A DNA stretch of 64,000 bases from positions 1 to 64,000 of IMG/VR virus record IMGVR_UViG_3300028844_002785, one strand, 5' to 3'. Positions within the stretch are counted from its first letter, which is position 1. Every line of letters starts with the position of its first letter. Made by a program: the position numbers and the translations under genes. Below the pieces are notes generated by a model. The model saw only the letters and a list, made by a program, of their open reading frames with translations, searched no databases and was not told the origin of the DNA. Of this stretch, positions 1-9,329 are shown one piece after another. This DNA is from a virus.

Positions 1-129
1 ATGAACGACGAAATCAACGAGATCGCTTACCTAGACTGCGCCGATGTGTTCCTGCAGGAGGAACCCCGCTGGGATGACGAACCCACAGCACCCGCTGAGG
101 ATGACATCATCGACCCTGCTTTCCTCTGA
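1..129 (+). CDS. Small acidic early protein, 42 aa (MNDEINEIAYLDCADVFLQEEPRWDDEP...); may extend upstream of the window
   Basis: Hand-translated ATG..TGA in the GC-rich early region. Confidence 0.55.
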   Translation: MNDEINEIAYLDCADVFLQEEPRWDDEPTAPAEDDIIDPAFL

Positions 130-164
130 CCCCTACCTGCTCACCCGCTCACTCACACAACACC

Positions 165-326
165 ATGAACAAAGAACAACTCATCGCTCTGCTTCGCGAC
201 GCCGGTAAAACCAGCGAAATGCTGGCACGATTGGATCAGATGCTGCTGAATCAGCAACTAGGTGCTATGCCAGACCAGACTACAGGACTTGCTGCTTATG
301 GTCGCTCTGACGAGATCGATTTCTGA
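165..326 (+). CDS. Small early protein, 53 aa (MNKEQLIALLRDAGKTSEML...DEIDF)
   Basis: Hand-translated; AC-rich leader (cacacaacacc) like neighbouring early genes. Confidence 0.65.
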   Translation: MNKEQLIALLRDAGKTSEMLARLDQMLLNQQLGAMPDQTTGLAAYGRSDEIDF

Positions 327-394
327 ACTGTCACAACGGCCCTCTCAGAGGAGGGGGCTATGGTCTACAATAGCCACATACCAAACAAACCCAC

Positions 395-655
395 ATGACT
401 CTGCCAACCTACGCTGTCCAACCTAACGCCTGGGGATGCTTCGATGAGGCAGGTGCTGACTACGCCATCAACATCTCACACGCTTACGAGATCTGCCGGC
501 AGTGGAGACTAGGGGGAGAGGATGGCGACATGATGATCTGGCGCTTGACATCAGGCGATCCGATCCGCTGGGTTCGTGTCTATGCTGACGAGTCAGTTGA
601 CGTTGCTACGCTGTCAGAACAGGAACTTGATCTGCTCACGATCGACAAGTGGTGA
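395..655 (+). CDS. Hypothetical early protein, 86 aa
   Basis: ORF track; preceded by the TACAATAGCCACATAC leader repeat. Confidence 0.75.
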   Translation: MTLPTYAVQPNAWGCFDEAGADYAINISHAYEICRQWRLGGEDGDMMIWRLTSGDPIRWVRVYADESVDVATLSEQELDLLTIDKW

Positions 656-660
656 GATGC

Positions 661-689
661 TTGACAGCTAACCGCTTACCCTGTACAAT
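661..689 (+). promoter_or_regulatory. Sigma70-like early promoter TTGACA-N17-TACAAT
   Basis: TTGACA 661-666 and TACAAT 684-689, upstream of ATG 713. Confidence 0.85.
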
Positions 690-712
690 AGCCACATACA
701 AAACAAACTCAA

Positions 713-934
713 ATGACATCCGCCACTCAGAACCTGCTCGACATTGCCACCGCCCTACAGGCAGAAGGCAAGACCGTCAAGGTCACAGTGCTCCGCCCCT
801 CACGTCGCGGCGTCAAGTCACTCAGCGGTAAACGTGCTTGGGCAAACGCTGCTCCTAAGGGTTCGTTCCAGCACGGCAGTGTCCCTGGTGCTGCTTCAGT
901 CAAATCAGGCAACAAGTGCTCTAAGGCCATGTGA
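713..934 (+). CDS. Basic hypothetical early protein, 73 aa
   Basis: ORF track; has its own promoter and the repeated leader. Confidence 0.75.
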   Translation: MTSATQNLLDIATALQAEGKTVKVTVLRPSRRGVKSLSGKRAWANAAPKGSFQHGSVPGAASVKSGNKCSKAM

Positions 935-1058
935 GGTGCTAACGGGGCACCTGCCCTATGGTATGGGGGCGAAAACCCCTAACTACCCTAATCTATAACG
1001 GACCGGATTCGACCTCTAAGTATCCCTCATATATAAAAAAATTCTCCCAGAAAAAAAC

Positions 1059-1187
1059 ATGAATTTAACCTTGAAGGAACTCGACGAACTATTAAGTATT
1101 CTGCAAGAGACACCAAGAACCACAAAAGAACGCACAGAACTGGTAAAGCGGTTAGAGGATTATCGACTACGTATGACGACAGTATGA
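1059..1187 (+). CDS. Hypothetical protein, 42 aa (MNLTLKELDELLSILQETPR...)
   Basis: Hand-translated; ATGA overlap with the next ORF. Confidence 0.6.
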   Translation: MNLTLKELDELLSILQETPRTTKERTELVKRLEDYRLRMTTV

Positions 1188-1348
1188 CTAAGACTACACC
1201 AGAGAATGTGAGAGAAGCGCATGAAGGATTATTTTATGCAACAATGAATTTACCAGCAGCTGCAAAACATTGTGGAATGACAGAGAAGGAGATGAAGATG
1301 ACATTTTGGGAGTTTCTCAAATACAATCCTCCGAACTGGGTCGAATGA
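1184..1348 (+). CDS. Small cyanophage protein, possible HTH, 54 aa (MTKTTPENVREAHEGLFYATMNLPAAAKHCGMT...)
   Basis: Hand-translated; the pattern LPAAAKHCGMT is HTH-like. Confidence 0.7.
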   Translation: MTKTTPENVREAHEGLFYATMNLPAAAKHCGMTEKEMKMTFWEFLKYNPPNWVE

Positions 1349-1378
1349 TATATACTGAGACAGTATTAGTACAGACAC

Positions 1379-1558
1379 ATGTCATATAATATAACTACCA
1401 CAGAGGTAGAATTCGACGAAAACTCGGAAGAGTATGTTGTAAAAATTCCCCAGGATATTTTGGAAGAATTAGATTGGAGAGAGGGAGATACACTAGAATG
1501 GCAGTTCTGGGACTATGATAACCTTCCAGGCCTGCGCCTACATAAGGTAGGTGAATAA
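1379..1558 (+). CDS. AbrB/MazE-like (swapped-hairpin) DNA-binding protein, 59 aa
   Basis: Hand-translated YVVKIPQDILEELDWREGDTLEW matches the AbrB/MazE signature IPxxxxxxLxxxxGD. Confidence 0.7.
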   Translation: MSYNITTTEVEFDENSEEYVVKIPQDILEELDWREGDTLEWQFWDYDNLPGLRLHKVGE

Positions 1559-1577
1559 GCTCGATTTTCTATAAGAG

Positions 1578-4500
1578 ATGGCAAAGAAACAAAGAGTCCG
1601 TATTAAGAATTCTCGACCCCGACATAATTTTGATACAGATATAATTAGTAATACAGCCCAAGAGGGTTCATCAAGTGCAAGCGGTACTGATGATAGTTGT
1701 ACAGCCCCTGCTCCTGTTGGTGGCGGGACATCAGAGATTAATAGTATTGTAAAACATTCCATACATGAAGTTGGTCAGAGTGGTAGTTCCTTTCCTGGCA
1801 CAGACTCTTATGGTAATGACATGGAGGGAGCGACCTTCGCTGACCGAGAGAAACTATATCATAGATATGATTTACTTGAAGGACTTGCAGAGAATGGATT
1901 AGTTGATCAAGAAGGATTTCCTGTTAATGATAGTGATGTAACAGCACGTCAATATGTTTATGATCAACCTACACAAGAAAGAAGAAGTTCAACTGGTCCA
2001 CAGAATCTCATTCGTAAAGAAGAAGACTCAACAGCTCTTCTATCTTCACATGATGAAGAATATTTTCAACATCTCTTTAGTTGGCCGACAAATCATACAT
2101 TAAGATCTCGAAAGATTGGAGGTTTTATTGAGTTAACTACTGTAACTACTACGACTACTAGTACTGCAGAAAGTACACCTGGAGCAGGTGATGGAACATC
2201 TTGTAGTACATCATCTACAAGTTATACGTTACATCCTCAAGCACAATATTATAATGTTAATTTTACATTAGCAGATGTAGAAACAAAAATATATCAACCA
2301 AATCCAGAAGCTGGTAGTACAAAGGGTGATAAGGTTTGGAATTATAATACATTAACATTTGATCCAACTACAGGTAAGTTGCAAAATAAGGATCAAGATC
2401 TTCGTAGCAAACTTGGTGATCCAATCGTTTATTATGGAGATAGTCATTCAAACGCAATCTTCTTTAATTACTTACAAGATACATCTAAATTTACCTCTGT
2501 CGTAACTCATGATTTTGATGACAATAATAATATAGATAATAATTTTAATGTATCTGGTAATATTGATGTTGTTGCAAAAAACATGCAGGATCCAGGTGGA
2601 TCTAATGATTCAAAGAATAGAAAACATTATGAGATAACTTTTCCTAAAGATATTGTTAATACCGGAGATATACGAATTCATTTTAATGAAAAAACAACAG
2701 CATCTGGTTTATCTCGTAGTAGATTATACGTATCCAGAATAAAGCAAATTGGTACCAGAAAGATCAGAGCATGGTTCCAGACTGAAGACGGTAATACATT
2801 TGCACGTAACTGGACTGTATCTATAGGTGGTGGAGAGACTGGTACGACTAATGTTATTGGTATTGGTGATACTCTTAATGGTGGAACAGTAACTAATGTT
2901 GTTAACTATGTTGAAGATGTAGCGCTTCTTAGAATGGTTGTTGAACAACCAAAAAAAGGTGTAGAAGATCGTGCAATTACTCAAGCAGATTTCCTTGCAT
3001 TAACTAATCCAGATGGTTCATCACAGAATTTAGATGTTGCAGATTATGCAGGAACTAGATCATGGTTAAAACTTAATGATGTTAGAGATATTAATAAGGG
3101 AATGGATGTTCAAGGAGATGGTATTAAGACTATAACTACAACTATTACTGGTGTAGACTATACTAAAAATATTATTTACATTACTGACACTGTAAAAAGT
3201 AAAAAATTAAAGAACCTAAAATTTATTGATAGTGCATGTAATCGTGTAAGTATGCATACAATGTGTTATGCTACTCTGTCTGGTGCTAATGATTTTTCAA
3301 TAGATACAGATTATCCTGTTACTAGAAACGGTCAGACCGTATGTTCAATTAAAGCAAGAGCAGGTAAAGGTATCTTAAACAGGTCTGGAATTGTTGGAAC
3401 ATGGTTTAGTGAAGTAAAACATGAGATTGAATATCAACCTATTTTCTATGGAAGTGACACTAGTTGCGAAAAAGAACTGGATAGTGATGAATTTGGTGAG
3501 TATACATTAGGAACGATTATTTGGGATGACGATACAAGAACGGAAAGTGTATATCTTTTAACAGATCCTGCGGATAATTTTGCATATACTGCAAGTCAAG
3601 TTCATTTTGCACTTACATATGCACCTATTGATCAAGCAACACTAAAAAAAATTGATCGACAAGTTGCAAGAGAGTTAGGTAATGCGAAACCTGATAGTTT
3701 TTTAGATAGAATGAATGAAGAAAATCCTAGTCTTACTACTAGATATATTATTTTTAACAAAGTTTCTGATCATTGCAAGAATGTTTTGAGTGAAAAGAAA
3801 GCATCTGCAGTATTTGATGACATCTGTAGAGACGATATTCAACCATCATACTTTGAAATGTATGACGGTATCAGTGAACAGACTTTTTTACAAGCAAATA
3901 TTACTGCTGTAGAACAAGATGTTCTTGATTATTGCGGAATAAATAACCCGACTATAAATCCAGTGTTAGAAGGTGCGGAACAAGCAGCTTCTACTAGTGA
4001 TGTTTTACCGACAGAGTACTATAAACAGTTTATTTCTAATCCAGATTCTCTGATGAATAGACTTAAGAACGGATTTGATATCGTAGAAAAAGCACGTCCT
4101 AAGAATAAAGTTGATAGATTACCTCCACAGATTGTAGGAGAGGATCAATCGGGTAGAGTTTTTACTAAAACAAGTTTTAGAGATCTTCCTCCACGAACAG
4201 ATAGAGTAGGATATTTTTGTAACGACTTGGTTATTACTGATGATAAGTATCTAAATCCTATTCTAAATCTAGATCCACAAACAACTATCAATCAACCAAA
4301 GATAATTGTTAGGTCAAGACCAAAATGGACAGCGAGTAATGCAGGACAGACTTGGCCAATTAGTATTAGTAGTCCCGCCGGAATACTAACAACTTCAATG
4401 AGTGTCACTGTAAATAATTCTGGTGGTCATGTAGGTAATATCACAACTAGTGCTGGTGCTGTCTCAGCACCTGTTACTATTACTACTGGTATTCCTTTAT

Positions 4501-5453
4501 CCGGTAATACAACAACAACAACATGTTCTATTGCATGGATTCCTCTTAGAAGTAAAACAGATTCAGAAAACGAACAGTATTGTACTAGAGATGCTTTCCC
4601 TAATGTCTATACAATTTCCACTAACATTGCTAGACCACCTGGTGGAAATCATGATGATGCTTTCGCTAAAACAGATATGAGAGATTTACTTTATCTAGAG
4701 AGACCAAAAGATGGAAATGATAATTATATTAATGATATGTTGACGTTACCTTCTCATGTAATATACCCGGCAACTATATGGGAACCAAATGTTAATTTCC
4801 AACAAGACTTTTACAAAATACTTGAATTTAGATTACAGGAACATTCTGAACTAATTTCTGAAACTATTCAAAATAAAGGCAATCCTTATGTAGATAAAGC
4901 AATATCAGTTAAACTTACGAAAGATTTAAAAGATGGTGATACTAATATTACTGTAGAATCAACAGGAGAATTTTTATCTTCTGGATATTTGATTATTCCA
5001 AAGTATACTAAAAAAGTTGTTTCTTTAGAAACTGGTAATAATAGTGGATATTATACTTACAGTGGAGAAGAAATTATTTACTATGGTTCAAAAACAGAAA
5101 CAAAGTTTAAGAATATTCAAAGAGGTATGTTTGGTACAACTTCTGGATTTGAAGAAACTGTATCAGTTGAATCTATAGAAGAAGGTGTTAGATATAAAAT
5201 TGCATCTTTAGGATCTAGTAACTGGGAAAAGATTGGTGCTGGTAAAAATCCATCTGTAGGTCATGTTTTTACTGCAAATAAATATGATGGTGTTGGTACT
5301 GGTACAGTTATTGTATTTGGTACGTGTCCTGATGAAACACCAGATGAAGAATTACTAACAGCATTGTTATCAAGTCCTAAAATTCCTGTTATAACTAGTT
5401 ACGAAAAAGGATTTAGTATTGCTCAACACTCAGTCTTTACACTAAAATACTAA
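1578..5453 (+). CDS. Large putative virion/baseplate-associated protein of unknown function, 1291 aa
   Basis: ORF track; immediately upstream of PAAR; C-terminal module shared with the gp7-like and VrlC-like proteins. Confidence 0.75.
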   Translation: MAKKQRVRIKNSRPRHNFDTDIISNTAQEGSSSASGTDDSCTAPAPVGGGTSEINSIVKHSIHEVGQSGSSFPGTDSYGNDMEGATFADREKLYHRYDLLEGLAENGLVDQEGFPVNDSDVTARQYVYDQPTQERRSSTGPQNLIRKEEDSTALLSSHDEEYFQHLFSWPTNHTLRSRKIGGFIELTTVTTTTTSTAESTPGAGDGTSCSTSSTSYTLHPQAQYYNVNFTLADVETKIYQPNPEAGSTKGDKVWNYNTLTFDPTTGKLQNKDQDLRSKLGDPIVYYGDSHSNAIFFNYLQDTSKFTSVVTHDFDDNNNIDNNFNVSGNIDVVAKNMQDPGGSNDSKNRKHYEITFPKDIVNTGDIRIHFNEKTTASGLSRSRLYVSRIKQIGTRKIRAWFQTEDGNTFARNWTVSIGGGETGTTNVIGIGDTLNGGTVTNVVNYVEDVALLRMVVEQPKKGVEDRAITQADFLALTNPDGSSQNLDVADYAGTRSWLKLNDVRDINKGMDVQGDGIKTITTTITGVDYTKNIIYITDTVKSKKLKNLKFIDSACNRVSMHTMCYATLSGANDFSIDTDYPVTRNGQTVCSIKARAGKGILNRSGIVGTWFSEVKHEIEYQPIFYGSDTSCEKELDSDEFGEYTLGTIIWDDDTRTESVYLLTDPADNFAYTASQVHFALTYAPIDQATLKKIDRQVARELGNAKPDSFLDRMNEENPSLTTRYIIFNKVSDHCKNVLSEKKASAVFDDICRDDIQPSYFEMYDGISEQTFLQANITAVEQDVLDYCGINNPTINPVLEGAEQAASTSDVLPTEYYKQFISNPDSLMNRLKNGFDIVEKARPKNKVDRLPPQIVGEDQSGRVFTKTSFRDLPPRTDRVGYFCNDLVITDDKYLNPILNLDPQTTINQPKIIVRSRPKWTASNAGQTWPISISSPAGILTTSMSVTVNNSGGHVGNITTSAGAVSAPVTITTGIPLSGNTTTTTCSIAWIPLRSKTDSENEQYCTRDAFPNVYTISTNIARPPGGNHDDAFAKTDMRDLLYLERPKDGNDNYINDMLTLPSHVIYPATIWEPNVNFQQDFYKILEFRLQEHSELISETIQNKGNPYVDKAISVKLTKDLKDGDTNITVESTGEFLSSGYLIIPKYTKKVVSLETGNNSGYYTYSGEEIIYYGSKTETKFKNIQRGMFGTTSGFEETVSVESIEEGVRYKIASLGSSNWEKIGAGKNPSVGHVFTANKYDGVGTGTVIVFGTCPDETPDEELLTALLSSPKIPVITSYEKGFSIAQHSVFTLKY

Positions 5454-5454
5454 T

Positions 5455-5724
5455 ATGGCAAGACCAATTTCAAATTTCGGTGATCCTAATACCGGTGGTG
5501 GTATTATTATTAGTACAAAATGTCCCAATATAATTACTGGAGGACGCCCAGTAGCGACTACAGGAGACATTGTGTCTCCTCATGACTCTAAACCCACTCA
5601 TTTTTCTGTTACAGGCCCTGGAAATTTTAGATATTTGAATAATGGAACTCCAACAAACGCTGTTGGTGACTTTGATACATGTTTTCACATAAGATTGGGT
5701 GGAACTCCCAATTTTTTACATTGA
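5455..5724 (+). CDS. PAAR-domain spike-tip protein (T4 gp5.4-like)
   Basis: Motifs GRPVATTGD, PH...H, NGTPTNAVGD and C-x-H. Confidence 0.8.
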   Translation: MARPISNFGDPNTGGGIIISTKCPNIITGGRPVATTGDIVSPHDSKPTHFSVTGPGNFRYLNNGTPTNAVGDFDTCFHIRLGGTPNFLH

Positions 5725-5749
5725 CATTTGACTCTTTTTCGTCTAAAAT
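5721..5749 (+). promoter_or_regulatory. Sigma70-like promoter TTGACA-N17-TAAAAT
   Basis: Read directly; upstream of ATG 5771. Confidence 0.7.
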
Positions 5750-5770
5750 ACTGAAAGTTACCTAAAAAAT

Positions 5771-5917
5771 ATGGCTAAATCAAAAGTTGGACTGTCTGGT
5801 GGTGTTTTTATCGAAGCAAAACCTAAAATGACTCGTCAGGGTCAAGGGAAAAACACCAAATATGCTTCTACATCACGTAATAATGCTAAAAAAGCATATC
5901 GTGGTCAGGGTAAATGA
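5771..5917 (+). CDS. Small basic cyanophage protein, 48 aa (MAKSKVGLSGG...KKAYRGQGK)
   Basis: Hand-translated; C-terminal YRGQGK is typical of a widespread marine phage peptide; ATGA overlap with the next gene. Confidence 0.75.
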   Translation: MAKSKVGLSGGVFIEAKPKMTRQGQGKNTKYASTSRNNAKKAYRGQGK

Positions 5918-6567
5918 GTTTAGTAGTCAACTTACCAGCAAAAAAGGTGTATGTAAGGAAAGAATACCTTACTGATCACCAGACTGGTTTTGGCGAATTT
6001 GTTGAGGGTGTCTGGGTATCGGCAAAATCCATACCTGGACGTGCTTTCTATTTTGAGACCTATCTTCCTGAGTATGGTGCAATATATGATAAGCTACCAA
6101 TCAGTGCGTTCCTGGACCGCCCAGAGACCCCTCAACCAGACTTAGATCTACCCAACCTACAGTTTTGGAACTGTATGGATTATGGAGTTGTGGCAATTCA
6201 AAAACAATTTATTGCTTCGATGGATATTGAACTCCGAACTCGTAATTTTGGATCTATATCCGGTGAATATCTATTTACTTTAGATAATTATCATAGCGAT
6301 GTTAATATTATTGATACCAATGTGAGTGAAGACCCACAAGAACACAAATCCCATAATTGTATACTAATTGAAAACGGTCAGTTTGCCCTGTACCCAAACA
6401 ATAGAATGCGAATTTACGATCTATCTATTACACCCGAAACTCCTAAGACCCCAGATTTTAAAGTTTCGACAAAATACTATCAAGTTGAAAATGGCACAAA
6501 ATGGGGTCGTTTAGGTCAGACAGATGAATACTTTTGGCAAACAGAAACCGAAAGTAAAAATAAATAG
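5914..6567 (+). CDS. Conserved marine-phage hypothetical protein, 217 aa
   Basis: ORF track; motifs YDKLPISAF, LQFWNC, EHKSHN, ALYPNNR. Confidence 0.85.
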   Translation: MSLVVNLPAKKVYVRKEYLTDHQTGFGEFVEGVWVSAKSIPGRAFYFETYLPEYGAIYDKLPISAFLDRPETPQPDLDLPNLQFWNCMDYGVVAIQKQFIASMDIELRTRNFGSISGEYLFTLDNYHSDVNIIDTNVSEDPQEHKSHNCILIENGQFALYPNNRMRIYDLSITPETPKTPDFKVSTKYYQVENGTKWGRLGQTDEYFWQTETESKNK

Positions 6568-6589
6568 TTAACATACAATTGCTAAAATT

Positions 6590-6751
6590 ATGGCTAATTC
6601 CCCAAATCCAGATTATATCCCGTCTATAATGAGTGATGAATTTGGTACTGTAGTTTTAATTACCAATCCAAAATCAGACAAATATCTTAAGAGTGTTAAA
6701 ACATCAATTATGCGGGAAGATGATTTTCGTAAAAAAATAGCCAAGAACTGA
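6590..6751 (+). CDS. Small hypothetical protein, 53 aa (MANSPNPDYIPSIM...)
   Basis: Hand-translated; follows an ATAAATA late-like element. Confidence 0.6.
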   Translation: MANSPNPDYIPSIMSDEFGTVVLITNPKSDKYLKSVKTSIMREDDFRKKIAKN

Positions 6752-6784
6752 TATACATAGTATAACGGTAAAATTTATGCTATA

Positions 6785-7225
6785 ATGATTGGTTCCACAG
6801 CCAATAAACGATCACTCAGTAGTGAGTTCTTAGGTAAAGTTTCTAGGTCTTTTAAAGATTTAAGTTTTAACTTTACTAAGAACCCTATTACTAATGACAT
6901 TGTAGTACTCAAAAATGAAGAGTCTATAAAACAATCTGTAAAAAATTTAGTTCTGACTAAACTTGGTGAAAGACCTTTTAGTCCAGAACTTGGAACAGAC
7001 TGTACTTCATATCTATTTGAACTTAATAAAAATATTGCTTCTAATGAATTAATTCAACAGATTGAAGTTGTTCTAGAAACTTATGAATCTAGGATAATTT
7101 TACAACAAATAGATGTTGATACTGACGATAGGCTAAACTCTTTTGATATAAGCATTGAATATTTAATCGTTGGTCTTCCACCAGAAGTCCAAAACTTATC
7201 TTTTATTTTAGTCAGAGAAAGTTAA
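6785..7225 (+). CDS. gp25: Baseplate wedge subunit gp25
   Basis: SIKQSVKNLVLTKLGERPFSPELG motif; position upstream of gp6. Confidence 0.92.
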   Translation: MIGSTANKRSLSSEFLGKVSRSFKDLSFNFTKNPITNDIVVLKNEESIKQSVKNLVLTKLGERPFSPELGTDCTSYLFELNKNIASNELIQQIEVVLETYESRIILQQIDVDTDDRLNSFDISIEYLIVGLPPEVQNLSFILVRES

Positions 7226-7229
7226 TTAA

Positions 7230-9329
7230 ATGGAATTACCAGTAGTATCATCACTAGAGTTTGAAGAAGTAAGAGATTCTATTAAGAATTTCATAAAAAA
7301 TAAAACAGATTTTCAAGATTACGATTTTGAGGGATCTAATCTTTCTATGTTGGTTGATATTTTGTCGTATAACACTTTGTATACGACATACAATGTTAAT
7401 ATGGCATCTAATGAGTTAAATTTAGATACTGCTGTATTACGTGATAATATTGTTTCAATATCTAAGAGATTAGGATATACACCATCATCTTACACATCAT
7501 CTAGAGTAAAGATGAATGTAAATGTTTCTGGTATTAGTTCATATGATGTTGTAAGATTAAAAAAAGGTTCAGCATTAAGTGCTGCATCAAATAACAAAAA
7601 TTACACTTTTATTTTAACTGACGATATTGATCTATCGGTTAAAGATAGAACTAGTGTTTCATTTGAAAATATTGAAGTAGTTGAAGGTACTGAGTTTGTA
7701 ATATCATATACTGTTGATGAAAGTAATGAACATCAAAGATTCTTTATTCCAAATAATTTTATAGATGCTGAAACTGTTAGAGTTTCTGTAATTTCTGATC
7801 CTACAAATACTCAAGAAATTGAATATATGAGGAAAGATACTATTGTTGATGTTTCTAATTCAGATACAGTTTTCTTTGTAGAAGAAGTTCAAGACCAAAA
7901 ATATGAAATTGTTTTTGGTGATGATGTACTAGGTAGAAAGGTTAGAGACGGTGAAGTAGTAAAAATAAGATATGTCATAACAAACGGTGGTGAAGCTAAT
8001 AATATTTCAAATTTTAAATTTATCGGTAGGGTAGAAGGATTAAATATAGAAAGTGGTGGTAGTCCGGTTACAATAGGATATAATAATATTACATGGTCTA
8101 CATCAACTACAACTCCAAGATCTGATGGAGGATCTGAATTTGAATCTTCACGATCTATTAAATATAGAGCACCAAGATATTATGCATCTCAAGAAAGAGC
8201 TGTAACTTTAGCTGATTATGAGTCTTTAATTGCAAAAATTTATCCAAATACCGATTTAGTTAAAGTTATAGCGGGTGAAACACTAAATCCACCACAATTT
8301 GGAAAAGTTTTTATTGTTATAAAACCTAGTATCGGTGAAGCAGTTAGTGCAAGTGAAAAATCAAGAATTCAAAAGGAACTTGTAAAATATAAAGTTGGAT
8401 CAATTGACGTTAAAATTGAAGATGCTAAAGGAATTACTTTTGTGATTACACCAAAGGTAATCTTTGATAGTTCTAAAACTAGAAATAGAGAAACACAACT
8501 AAAATCTTTAATAAACGATTATATCGCAGATTTTATTAAAAAACTTGGTTTTAATAGTTTTGGCGGTGCTTTTTCTGACCTATCGTTAAGGTGTGGAATT
8601 AAAGGACTAGATCCCTCTATAACTTTTGTTGGAAATAACGTATATCTAAAACAAAATATACAAATTACACCTAGTATATCCCAAAACTATATTACTGAGT
8701 TTTATACAAAGTTAAAACCAGATATAGATGGTGAATTTTATGCACTATCCGAATATTTTTGTCATAAAGGAGTTGCAAGTCCTGTATTTTTAGCAGCAAA
8801 GACTAAAGAACTTATTGATGATTGTTCTATAGATACAAACATTTATCTGGTTACTGAAGGTGGTGATATTTTAAAAGTTGTTGGTACTATTAATATTGAA
8901 ACTGGAGAATTAACATATACAATTCGGGGTTGTGATGGTTCACCACAAGACATAAATATTCTAGTAGTACCAGATGTTCTAGATGTAGTTGTTGGACCAG
9001 ATGTTGTTCCAAACTTAGTTATTGAAGATATTGAAATATATGCGGATATTACTGATCCTAACGATTTGTCAGTTGTTTTAGATCCAGACTCAATTACTCT
9101 ACCAAGTATCAATCCAGGTGATACAACAGGAGACGTGAATGTAGTTGTTAATCCTCCACCACTGATCACTCCCGGCCCGGGTGGAGGAACTGTTACTATT
9201 CCCGATCTACCATCTATTATTGATGATGAAACTGGTATACCATCAACAGATCCTATTATTAACGATCCTAATGATGTTAATACTATTGAAGACTACATTC
9301 CAGAAACAAATCCATATCTGTGCTCATGA
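7230..9329 (+). CDS. gp6: Baseplate wedge subunit gp6 with a Pro/Asp-rich C-terminal extension
   Basis: Motifs DYDFEGSNLS, FGDDVLGRK, QERAVTLADY. Confidence 0.93.
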   Translation: MELPVVSSLEFEEVRDSIKNFIKNKTDFQDYDFEGSNLSMLVDILSYNTLYTTYNVNMASNELNLDTAVLRDNIVSISKRLGYTPSSYTSSRVKMNVNVSGISSYDVVRLKKGSALSAASNNKNYTFILTDDIDLSVKDRTSVSFENIEVVEGTEFVISYTVDESNEHQRFFIPNNFIDAETVRVSVISDPTNTQEIEYMRKDTIVDVSNSDTVFFVEEVQDQKYEIVFGDDVLGRKVRDGEVVKIRYVITNGGEANNISNFKFIGRVEGLNIESGGSPVTIGYNNITWSTSTTTPRSDGGSEFESSRSIKYRAPRYYASQERAVTLADYESLIAKIYPNTDLVKVIAGETLNPPQFGKVFIVIKPSIGEAVSASEKSRIQKELVKYKVGSIDVKIEDAKGITFVITPKVIFDSSKTRNRETQLKSLINDYIADFIKKLGFNSFGGAFSDLSLRCGIKGLDPSITFVGNNVYLKQNIQITPSISQNYITEFYTKLKPDIDGEFYALSEYFCHKGVASPVFLAAKTKELIDDCSIDTNIYLVTEGGDILKVVGTINIETGELTYTIRGCDGSPQDINILVVPDVLDVVVGPDVVPNLVIEDIEIYADITDPNDLSVVLDPDSITLPSINPGDTTGDVNVVVNPPPLITPGPGGGTVTIPDLPSIIDDETGIPSTDPIINDPNDVNTIEDYIPETNPYLCS

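Noticed and set aside
649-998. Alternative ORFs 649-831, 727-930 and 744-998
   Set aside because: They overlap ORF 713-934, which has the promoter and repeated leader; high GC content explains the open frames.
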